Source: Candidatus Latescibacterota bacterium
Lineage (GTDB): Bacteria > Latescibacterota > CBDEFO01
Length of the DNA stretch: 64,000 nt
Assembly: GCA_965248755.1 (NCBI GenBank)
Contig: OZ252149.1
Span: forward strand, 768,001-832,000
Reading direction: 5' to 3'
Shown here: positions 28,935 through 37,934 of the stretch, in pieces
Position numbering within the stretch: the stretch's first letter is position 1
How the letters are laid out: each line of letters begins with the position of its first letter
Notes under the pieces: model-generated
Seen by the model: the letters and a program-made list of their open reading frames with translations, nothing else
Database searches by the model: none
What the model was told of the DNA's origin: nothing
Translations under genes and position numbers: made by a program

Positions 28935-30719
28935 GTGAGTGTATCCGATCCCACAGATGGCAGAGATACGATCTTCCACCGTCTGTGTTCAATAGATGAG
29001 ATGCCTGAAGGCGATATAAAAGCTTTCACGGTTAACGGTGTCCATCTTGCGGTCTTCCGCTACAACGCGGAGTTCTTCGCTGTGGACAACCGCTGTCCTC
29101 ACATGGGGTATCCCCTTTCGAAAGGGAGCGTCAAAGACGGAATATTGATCTGTCACTGGCATCACTGGCAGTTTGACCTGCGCACCGGAGGATGCTTCTT
29201 GGGAGGTGGTGACGATGTCAAGTCCTTTCCGATGGAGGTTTCTGATAGCAAGCTCTACGTCGGTCTGGCTAAAGATGAGAGCGAAGACACCCGGCGACGG
29301 ATGATAGAAAGGGGCCAAAAGGCGCTGCAACAGGGGTTGAAGGACGCCAGTTCGTTCCTGATGGCCAAGGCGATTACTGCCTTGAGGACCTCCGGAGCGG
29401 ATATTAAGGACATTGTGCAACAGGGATTCTACTACGGTGCCACCAGGACGAATGAGGGATGGTCGTCAGGTGTGACGATTCTGACCATAGCGGCGAACCT
29501 GTGGGACGATGTGGATCTCAACGATCATAATCTCTTTTTGGTGCACGGTCTTACGCAGGTCGGGAGGAGGACGGCGGGACGGTCGAATCGCAGGAGGCGT
29601 TTTCCATTCCCCGGGGATGCGGTTCACGATTTAGGTACCCTGAAGCGCTGGTTCAGGAGATTCGTCGAGCAGAGAGATACATCCGGAGCGGAACGGATTC
29701 TAATGACGCTCTGCGACAGGGGACATTCCAAAGAGACCATCGCCGACTTCATCTTCACGACAGCGACCGACTATTACTTCACCGGAGACGGCCACGCCCT
29801 CGACTTCGGCAATAAGACTCTGGAGGCGCTGGACTTCATAGATTGGGAGGGCGCAGTTGAGATACTTCGTCCGATCGTGGTAGATCTGGTCTCAAGGACA
29901 AGGCACGAGGAAACCTCGCTCTGGGCGGACACCGTCCCTGTCCTGGAGGATGTCTTCTCGCGTCTGGACGAAATATGGGAGGAGAACCAGTCGCGCGAAT
30001 CATCGTTGGACATTTCAGAGTTTGCCCATACGCTTCTGGGAGATGACTTCGGGGACGTGGTAAGGGCAGTTGAGGAGAAGCTGAGACAGGGCGTCTCCCC
30101 TACCGATCTCTGCCGAGCTATGACCTACGCAGGGGCGATAAGGACTGTAAGATTCCATCTTAAGAACGAGGGCGACTGGCACGATGTGGCGAATCTCTAT
30201 TCTTACGCCCACGCCCTGTATTGTGCCTTCAAGATCGCGCCCAGCAAAGAACTCCTTCGCGGGATCTTCCACGGAGCGGTATTTACCACGCTCATACGTT
30301 GGCTGAACATGCCCTCTGCCCGCGTTCCGAAGCCGGAAGACGGTCTGGACGAACCCTTTAGGGGTCCGGAGGACATGTTGGATCGTCTCGGGGAATTGGC
30401 GGACTTCCAGAAGGTCTATGAGTCGGAGCTTCTGGTCAACCGCTATCTGAACGAAGGTCACGACATATCCCATCTTAGAAAGACCCTCGCTCATATCCTG
30501 CTTAGGGAGGATGCCGAGCTGCACATGTTTCAGGTGTTGGAGGTGGCGTTTCGGCATTACGATCTATCGGATGATCCGGAGGAGAAGCGGATTCATCTTC
30601 TGGCTGCGACCAGGTATATAACGGCGCAGAAGGTGATGAAGGGGATACTCTGGTCAACGGAGAATGCGGAGCGGCTTCAAAGGGGTGAGCTGTTGAGCGA
30701 GCGTGAGGATGATGATTAG
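28935..30719 (+). CDS. Rieske [2Fe-2S] ferredoxin domain fused to a long helical domain
   Basis: NRCPHMG and CHWHHW ligands; AGGAGG RBS. Confidence 0.85.
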   Translation: MSVSDPTDGRDTIFHRLCSIDEMPEGDIKAFTVNGVHLAVFRYNAEFFAVDNRCPHMGYPLSKGSVKDGILICHWHHWQFDLRTGGCFLGGGDDVKSFPMEVSDSKLYVGLAKDESEDTRRRMIERGQKALQQGLKDASSFLMAKAITALRTSGADIKDIVQQGFYYGATRTNEGWSSGVTILTIAANLWDDVDLNDHNLFLVHGLTQVGRRTAGRSNRRRRFPFPGDAVHDLGTLKRWFRRFVEQRDTSGAERILMTLCDRGHSKETIADFIFTTATDYYFTGDGHALDFGNKTLEALDFIDWEGAVEILRPIVVDLVSRTRHEETSLWADTVPVLEDVFSRLDEIWEENQSRESSLDISEFAHTLLGDDFGDVVRAVEEKLRQGVSPTDLCRAMTYAGAIRTVRFHLKNEGDWHDVANLYSYAHALYCAFKIAPSKELLRGIFHGAVFTTLIRWLNMPSARVPKPEDGLDEPFRGPEDMLDRLGELADFQKVYESELLVNRYLNEGHDISHLRKTLAHILLREDAELHMFQVLEVAFRHYDLSDDPEEKRIHLLAATRYITAQKVMKGILWSTENAERLQRGELLSEREDDD

Positions 30720-30766
30720 GAGGTAGTTTTGTTACAAGTTTTTGGGATCTGGTACACAAACGCCGA

Positions 30767-31609
30767 TTATTCTGACTCAAACTTCGGGTAAGCAAATAAG
30801 TACGGTCCATACCATAGACGGCCGTAGGCTTCTTGCATTAATTTATAGACATTACCTCTAATTGTTTCTACTTCCTGGTCAGTGAGAGTAAAGTGCCTTT
30901 TTTCTTCAAATGAGCGATCAGGTTGGGATGTTAGAACTTTTATCATTAGACTGTATTCTCCTGCTTCCCAGTAACACATACGTTCCAAACGTTTATAGGA
31001 GTCTGCGTACACATCAGTTTTCCCAAAATTTTCATACTCTTCATTAATAGCCTGCTGTAATTCTTGCGACACTGAAGGTGTTTGGTACGTAGCTTGTTGT
31101 AATAGTTCATCTGATAATAGTCCCGCCCTTTGCAATTTATCTCCTATTTTGGACCTTTCTTTGGACCACGCCTCACTTACTTTGTTAGTGAGTTGCCGCA
31201 TTTCGGATTGCACCTGAATGTCGCGGAATTGGATGTGCAATTGTAGAGGCAAGGAAGGCGTTACCAAGAAGCTATGAGCAAATTCATATGTAGTCTGACT
31301 CTCTGCACCAAGTGTCATTTTTGTCTCTAGGAACGCACTCCACTCAAACTTGTGTTTTAGTGAATCTTTCTTTCTAACGAGCTCCAAATCTATAGACTTA
31401 ACAAATAAATCCTGGTTTACACATCTTAGTGTGAATCTCAGTCCAATCAAAGGCCCATTGTCACTATAGCCGATTTCTAAGTGTTCGATCGGATGTATGT
31501 CAATTTTGCCATTTCTAAAGAATCGTTTCCACATGATTGGTATCCAAAATTGAACTACAGCAATTAAAGCTAAGATAAATGCCCCGTAGCTTTTAAGGGA
31601 ATCTGCCAA
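30767..31609 (-). CDS. Hypothetical protein with N-terminal TM anchor
   Basis: 280-aa ORF, AGGAGGTG RBS, TTG start. Confidence 0.7.
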   Translation of the reverse strand: MADSLKSYGAFILALIAVVQFWIPIMWKRFFRNGKIDIHPIEHLEIGYSDNGPLIGLRFTLRCVNQDLFVKSIDLELVRKKDSLKHKFEWSAFLETKMTLGAESQTTYEFAHSFLVTPSLPLQLHIQFRDIQVQSEMRQLTNKVSEAWSKERSKIGDKLQRAGLLSDELLQQATYQTPSVSQELQQAINEEYENFGKTDVYADSYKRLERMCYWEAGEYSLMIKVLTSQPDRSFEEKRHFTLTDQEVETIRGNVYKLMQEAYGRLWYGPYLFAYPKFESE

Positions 31610-31681
31610 TTTTCACCTCCTTTTCGTCAAACTTTTCCCGGATTACCGCTCCCCCAATACATTGTTAGACGAACAAACCTT

Positions 31682-32374
31682 TTACAAGCTTTGTGCCAAG
31701 GAAAGAAGCTTGCTGAGAAACTGGCGAAGATTGTCATCTACAAACTGGAATAATTCACGTAATTCGCTTTGGGATAGTCCGATTCCTCCAGCGATAGTAA
31801 ATAAAACTCCTATGAGTGTTTGCAGCCAATTTAGACGGCCCTGGTGCCGTATAGTTTCCTTTAGATAATCAAACCGTTCTCTCACAAGTTCTGTATGTTC
31901 TTTTGATACGTTCTGTGTGGTGATCAAGTGTTTTTCAATTTTATCTAAGCGAGCAGAGATGTCTTCTTGTTCCTCCGAGGTAAATGGTGTCTTAGGGATA
32001 CCAGATGCTGAAGCGGCTTCAGCCAGTTTCGATTCCTGAGAAATAACATCCCATAAATCAGGAGCTTCGATCTCCTGTCTTAGGGAATTGAGCCATTGAA
32101 GAACGTGCCTATACAGTTGATCCCAGTTACCTGGGTATTGTCTATGTACCTGAGAATCTGGCCCTGGTGAATACTCTGTCCAATGCCTGTCTTCAAGAAA
32201 ATCAAAGATAAAATAGTATCTCGTGTTCTTATGAATAAGTTCAGACACTTGTAGACCTGCAGTGTTTGTGCTATTACATTCTATCCATTGGAATTCTGAA
32301 GGGTCAAGACCATTCTGTAGAATAGCTTCTAATACCACATTCTTCTGTGTCTTCAATATCAGATGTTTTGCCAT
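31682..32374 (-). CDS. Hypothetical protein
   Basis: 230-aa ORF with a C-terminal hydrophobic segment. Confidence 0.65.
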   Translation of the reverse strand: MAKHLILKTQKNVVLEAILQNGLDPSEFQWIECNSTNTAGLQVSELIHKNTRYYFIFDFLEDRHWTEYSPGPDSQVHRQYPGNWDQLYRHVLQWLNSLRQEIEAPDLWDVISQESKLAEAASASGIPKTPFTSEEQEDISARLDKIEKHLITTQNVSKEHTELVRERFDYLKETIRHQGRLNWLQTLIGVLFTIAGGIGLSQSELRELFQFVDDNLRQFLSKLLSLAQSL

Positions 32375-32500
32375 TTTTGCTACCTATATGTTTTCACCTA
32401 ACTGTTTCAATATTGCAGAAGTTCACCGTAGACGAATTTAGCTGAGAGTATCAGCCTGAACCTGCTATACTGCATGTGCGAAATCGGCTATTAATACTCC

Positions 32501-33055
32501 CTATGAGTTGTATTCCAACATGTCTCGCAGGGTTCTGTCTTTGCTTTTCACAAACTCTACATAGTGGCGCAACCGTTCGTACTTAGATTTTATGTCGGGG
32601 GAATCTTCCCATATTTCTTGACCTTCGATCAGTCGCCGTATCTTGCCTCCCAGAACATCTACACCAGCCCAGTCTTTCAAAATCCCTGGGTTGAATAGTA
32701 ACCACGCGAAGAATCCTTCCCAATACTTTCTTATCCAATCCCTCTCTGGCTTCGAAAGCTCATCCCGATCCCATATCCTATCGATGTAATCATGGGTAAT
32801 GGACACCATCTGCTCTTCAGCGCTATCTGCTCCTTCTGTGTCTTTCAGTTTTTGGGTAGTTTCCTTCAACAAATCTGGGAAAGGATCGGAGAAACTCCAT
32901 AGCTTGTCGAACTCTTGGTACCACTCATGTTTCACCTCTCTATGGCGTCGGCCAGGTGTTCTTTGAGATTCTTCGTCCTTCGTTTTATGAACGCGATGGT
33001 AGGGTCGTCCATAAATGATGAGATCAATCGTTTCATGTACCCATCCATTTGCCAT
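32501..33055 (-). CDS. Hypothetical His-rich helical protein
   Basis: MANGWVH..VHK.KD..RHR..HEW..HDYID; GGAAGG RBS; ORF extends to 33109. Confidence 0.65.
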   Translation of the reverse strand: MANGWVHETIDLIIYGRPYHRVHKTKDEESQRTPGRRHREVKHEWYQEFDKLWSFSDPFPDLLKETTQKLKDTEGADSAEEQMVSITHDYIDRIWDRDELSKPERDWIRKYWEGFFAWLLFNPGILKDWAGVDVLGGKIRRLIEGQEIWEDSPDIKSKYERLRHYVEFVKSKDRTLRDMLEYNS

Positions 33056-33247
33056 TGTCTGTGTCCTTCCTAAGCCTTTCTCTGGCAGGATCGTAATGAC
33101 CCTTATCACTCAACTCGTTCATCTCAAAGCCAAAGTTCAAGAATCTCTTCTTTGCCGTCCGAGAAATAAGACGCGTAATCCCTATTTAAAGTAAACTGCG
33201 GGCCTGCAGCATTGTCCTACAAAGAATCCAACGATCAAACTGTTTTG

Positions 33248-33781
33248 CTACTTTTTATGAGTGGAGTATTTGCCTTCCCATTCCGCAATCCAGATCGTCT
33301 TCGAAATCGGCTTTCCCTTGTAGGTGCCACTTCCATGGATGTTCTCGAACTGACCTGTCCCTTTGGTAAAAGAGAAGGTCCCTTCAAATGTGATGATAGG
33401 GCGGCACTTGGGGGAAATGGTAGTAGTGACCTTTCCCTCCCATTTAAAGAAAACGGCATCGCCATTTTGGGTAAATTTTCCGTAGCCTTGCTCAGGTCCG
33501 TTTCCCTTAACAAGGTCACTGGATCCCATGACAACAATTTGAGCACTGTCCATGAACTTATGCTTACCTGTGCTGACATTAGTCCCTTCTGACTCGTTTA
33601 GGCCAATGACGTGACCCTCAGTATCACCAACAATAGCCTTTTCCTGTTTAGTGAAAGCGGCTGTCATCTTCCCTGCGATCTTGGTCTTATCCCCTGCTGT
33701 CGAAGACATCACACCGACAGCAAAGATCAGAGTGAGGCTAACAGCTAACACTATCGCTCTATTGGATGTAAGTATCTGCAT
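33248..33781 (-). CDS. Secreted beta-rich protein (dirigent/allene-oxide-cyclase-like)
   Basis: Signal peptide; FTKGTGQFENIHGSGTY motif. Confidence 0.55.
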   Translation of the reverse strand: MQILTSNRAIVLAVSLTLIFAVGVMSSTAGDKTKIAGKMTAAFTKQEKAIVGDTEGHVIGLNESEGTNVSTGKHKFMDSAQIVVMGSSDLVKGNGPEQGYGKFTQNGDAVFFKWEGKVTTTISPKCRPIITFEGTFSFTKGTGQFENIHGSGTYKGKPISKTIWIAEWEGKYSTHKK

Positions 33782-33875
33782 AAATTTGACCCCCTTTTAT
33801 AACGTAACGTTAGGCCCACAGCTTCTTTTTAGATTTATTATCAATCTGGAAAGTTCGGGAAATTAGGCCCTTTGC

Positions 33876-34430
33876 TTATTCCAGCCCGAGTTGATCTGCC
33901 ACGCCCTGCATCGCCTTTATCACAAAGTCTATGTGCTCGTCTAAATCTACGCCTAACTCCTCTGCCCCCTCTTTGATGTCTTCTCTACTGACTCCGGCCG
34001 CGAACGCCTTCGCTTTCATCTTCTTTTTGACCGAGCTGACCTTCACGTCCATCACGCTTCTGGAAGGTCTGACCAGGGCGACGGCAGTTATGAGTCCCGT
34101 AAGCTCGTCAACTGCAAAGAGGGCTTTGTCCATAGGGCTCTTGCGCTCAAGGTTCAGGTACTGTGCGTGCGAGAGGATGGCGTAGATGATGTCCTCAGGG
34201 TAGCCCTCTTCGCGGAGGATCTCAGAGCCTCTGATCGGATGATCCTTGGGGTCCGGTTTCTCCTCGTAGTCAAAGTCGTGGATGAGACCGACTATGCCCC
34301 ATTTGTCTTCGTCTTCTCCGTATTTATTGGCGTAGGCTCGCATGGAGGCCTCCACAGCCAGGGCGTGTTTGATCAGACTGTCGCTTTTAGTGTATTTCTT
34401 CAGAAGTTCCATAGTACTTTCGCGGTCCAA
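33876..34430 (-). CDS. HD-domain (HDIG-type) metal-dependent phosphohydrolase
   Basis: KHALAVEA, GLIHDFDYE, HP, SHA, VDELTG, RPS. Confidence 0.9.
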   Translation of the reverse strand: MDRESTMELLKKYTKSDSLIKHALAVEASMRAYANKYGEDEDKWGIVGLIHDFDYEEKPDPKDHPIRGSEILREEGYPEDIIYAILSHAQYLNLERKSPMDKALFAVDELTGLITAVALVRPSRSVMDVKVSSVKKKMKAKAFAAGVSREDIKEGAEELGVDLDEHIDFVIKAMQGVADQLGLE

Positions 34431-34659
34431 AATGTACCTCCTTTTCTATCTGATTACGGATGTTCAAAATGTATCTTGCTCGACACATATAATACTTTCA
34501 CCTGACCCGAAAATCAAGCTATTTTTGCATCGCCTTCCTTGAGATGACACCAGATTCTGCTTGATTTATAAATGCCAAGTTCGTATTGTTTACCTGAGAT
34601 TGCAAAGATATTATCGGTTTGAGTGATTATGTTAGGTACAGAAAGGTAGGATAGCTTTG

Positions 34660-36255
34660 ATGACTGGCGGGGAAATACTTGTAGAGTGCCTCAAAGCCCA
34701 GGGTATCAGTATGATATTCGGCATGCCGGGCACTCATAATATTCACATCTACGACGCACTATACAAACGGGGTCAGGGGATTGATCGCGTCCTCATCCGC
34801 CACGAGCAGGGAGCCGCATTGATGGCTGACGGCTATGCGAGGGCTACAGGAGACGTAGGCGTGGTGCTGACCATCCCAGGTCCCGGTGCATCGAACGCCG
34901 CCACAGGGATAGGCGAGGCCTACACAGCCTGTGTCCCGGTTCTGCTGATCGCCGGCGGGACCGATGTCAAGCTCGCTGCCAAAGATAAGAGCAAGTTGAT
35001 ACACGGCCTCGACCTGATGTCATTTTTTGAGCCTATGACTAAATGGTGCGCCCGCGCGGATTCAGCCGAAGGGATCCCGAAGCTCATAGAGACCGCCTTT
35101 GGTGTCTTAAGGTCGGGCAGACCTGGCCCTGTGGTGATCGAACTTCCGAACGATGTCGCGAGCTCCGCAGCCGATTGTGATATTCCCGACATGGTGGAGA
35201 TGGAACGAATTGAGGGCGATATGGAGCAGATCGAGGCAGCGTCTGATCTGATAGTACGGTCGGAACTTCCTATAATTTTAGCCGGAAGAGGAGTAGTAAC
35301 GTCCGATGCACGGGACGAGCTTTGCCTTCTCTCCAAGCTATTGGGAGCTCCTGTTGTCACGACCCGTTTTGGCAAAGGGATTATGCCTGAGGACAACCCA
35401 CTAGCTCTGGGCGACATGGCCGGCCCTGTAGCTCGAAATGCCCTATCGGAAGCGGAAACAGTATTAGCGATCGGATGCCGATTCACTGAGTTAGATACGA
35501 GGAGCTGGTCTTTAGAACTTCCCGAACAGTTGATACAGATCGACTGCGATGAGGAGGAGATAGGGAGAGAATATCCGGTCGAAGTGGGAGTGGTGGGGGA
35601 CGTCAAGACCGTCTTAAAACAGCTTATAGACCAACTGAAATTGAGGGGCGATCGCGCCAACAGGTGCTGGGAACCTACGCCCCTAAGGATAGGTCAAAAG
35701 GTTGAAGAGAGAACCAAAGCTCCGATCCTCCCAGACCTGAGAGACGTTCTGGAACGGGATGCGATACTTTCTGTCGATGTGACGGTATTAGGGTACCGAA
35801 CCCGATCGGAATTTGAAATTTACTGTCCCAGGAGCTTCCTCTTTTCGGCAACTTATGCCGCGATGGGATACGCACTTCCGGCAGCATTAGGCGCAAAGTT
35901 AGCATATCCACAGAGGCAGGTCGTTTCACTCAGTGGAGACGCGGGATTTATGATGACCTGTCAGGAGCTTGCAACAGCTGCGCAATACGGGATTAACGTG
36001 GTGTCGGTCGTGATAAACGATGCCTGTTTAAGCTCGATAATGAGCGCTCAGAACAGATCGTGCGACGGAAGGTTTATAGATATCGACATTTATAACCCTG
36101 ACTTTGTGGACTTGGCCAGATCGCTCGGGGCACATGGGATGAGAGTGGACAAGTTGGAAGACCTTAAATCGCTCCTGTCCGAGGCCCTCAAGATGGATAG
36201 GCCTACTTTGATAGAGGTGAAAATGGATAAAGATGAGATAGTAGGTCTGACGTGA
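34660..36255 (+). CDS. Thiamine-diphosphate-dependent enzyme (acetolactate synthase large-subunit-like)
   Basis: FGMPG, RHEQGA..MADGYAR, GPGASN, SGRPGPV, GDAGF...N. Confidence 0.9.
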   Translation: MTGGEILVECLKAQGISMIFGMPGTHNIHIYDALYKRGQGIDRVLIRHEQGAALMADGYARATGDVGVVLTIPGPGASNAATGIGEAYTACVPVLLIAGGTDVKLAAKDKSKLIHGLDLMSFFEPMTKWCARADSAEGIPKLIETAFGVLRSGRPGPVVIELPNDVASSAADCDIPDMVEMERIEGDMEQIEAASDLIVRSELPIILAGRGVVTSDARDELCLLSKLLGAPVVTTRFGKGIMPEDNPLALGDMAGPVARNALSEAETVLAIGCRFTELDTRSWSLELPEQLIQIDCDEEEIGREYPVEVGVVGDVKTVLKQLIDQLKLRGDRANRCWEPTPLRIGQKVEERTKAPILPDLRDVLERDAILSVDVTVLGYRTRSEFEIYCPRSFLFSATYAAMGYALPAALGAKLAYPQRQVVSLSGDAGFMMTCQELATAAQYGINVVSVVINDACLSSIMSAQNRSCDGRFIDIDIYNPDFVDLARSLGAHGMRVDKLEDLKSLLSEALKMDRPTLIEVKMDKDEIVGLT

Positions 36256-36482
36256 TGCTGTGATGAATATGCTTTCTGTGTGACTGAGGGTTTCGCCAAT
36301 CCTCGGTAGTATTTATAGAAGTATGGACTCAATCTTTTGGGGTACCTGACGACGGGCTTTTAGGAAGAAATATACTAAAGTATCCTTAGAAGGTCAAGCG
36401 ACTTGAGTAGGTGACTGCGACTGTTATCATAGATTGTGATTTTAATCTCTATGATCTTCTTTTTAAACACTTTTTGGCAAGA

Positions 36483-37602
36483 TTAGAGTAACCCCAGTTT
36501 ATTTTTGTCGGGTAAAGGCACATGGTATCCACCCTTGATAAAGATAGAGAGAAGAGAGTCAAGAATCAAGATTGGGAAGTTAAAAAGTTGAGGGTCGAGG
36601 TTTTCCGTGGGTGTATGTTCGGTTGCTATCTGGAGAGGGGTTTGGGATTCTTTGTAGCTATTATGTCTTTGGGTATTGAACAACCATTGATAGGTTTGGA
36701 GTTTCCGGCAGAGGTTGGCACGGTTGGTAATCTTGACGGTGTCGTAGAATTCGTATTCGATTAGGCCGTGGGCGCGTTCTACATCGGATTGGTATGTAGT
36801 AGCCCCTGGTGGGATGCGTTTATGTTCTATGCCTCTTTGTTGGATCAGGTCGGTAAAGAGGGTCTTTTTGAGGGCATCCTTGTGTATTGACGAATTCTGT
36901 TCCGTTGTCGGTCTGGATCTTTCGTGGATAGACCTTGTGGTCTTCCAGGTGTTGGAGTAATGCTTCGGCCAAGATGCAGGAGTTGATCAGGCTCTGTTCG
37001 TCTGTCAGGCTTACGAAGAGACCGCCTGTCTTGATATCTCTGGCAGTATACTCAAACATAGGGAGTTGGGCACCTGTTTTGTAGTGTTGTTTCAGGTAGT
37101 TGGGGATATCGCACAGATGTTTGACATCGATCTGGATATATTCCAAGGGGCGTAGTTTCTTTTTCCACTGGCAGACAAGTTTCTTTCTCCTCCATTTTCG
37201 CCTGCGTTTCTTTATGAGATTGTGTTTTTTACAGATAGCATAGGCAGTCGGCTTGGAGGGGATTTGATCAGTTGGAACATTTTGTTTTTGGAGAAAACCC
37301 AATAGATACGGATATCCCAAAGAAGGATGGGTCTGTTAGAACTTTACAATCAGCTTTCTGATCTCCCCCGGTAACAAACAGTGAGGGTTTATGGGTGCTT
37401 TCGTATGATTTTCTAGACTCTTCAAGGATCGGTCTTCAAGATAACGTTTGAGCCATTTTCTTATGCTCTTGCGTGTTGTGTTAAAAGCCCTTGCAGCATA
37501 CGAGACACCGTATTGTTGAGCAGTCTGAACCATCTTGATACGAAGATCAACAGGATTAGGATTAAGAACAAGAACATCACTGTAACTGATAGCATTCTCC
37601 AT
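36483..37602 (-). pseudogene. IS481 transposase with an in-frame TAA (37336-37338) and a frameshift near 36885
   Basis: HTH (AARAFNTTRKSIRKWLKRY), QIDVK, QTDNGTEF; SDVERAH lies in the shifted frame. Confidence 0.85.
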
Positions 37603-37682
37603 GGTATCTACCCTCCTTTTTTCAGTCCTCACCTAAATATAGGCAAAATTATCCCGTGAGGGTGGATACCATGTGTCTTTAC
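36512..37682 (-). mobile_element. IS481-family insertion sequence (decayed)
   Basis: 24-bp TIRs GTAAAG(G/A)CACATGGTATCCACCCT, 1 mismatch, at 36512-36535 and 37659-37682. Confidence 0.85.
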
Positions 37683-37934
37683 TCTTCTTTGAAGAGATCA
37701 AATATGTTGACATTTCTAAATTCTGGCTTATATTTATCGCTTACACTACTCCCACGCTACTTGCACACTCTTACCAGGACCCTGCTTGGGGAAGACCAAA
37801 TTTTTCGATGTGTGAGTTGGATCACTGCGAAGATCCCTTTAATCTTTAGATTTTAAGTGATTAGCTAGAAAGGCAATATGTACCCGTTGAAGGTATGCTA
37901 TCTTAATGGTTCTTCTTATTAAGGAACTTTCAGA

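Noticed and set aside
30767..33109. Anti-phage defence system
   Set aside because: No nuclease, NTPase, TIR/SIR2 or other diagnostic motif was recognisable; not excluded without HMM searches.
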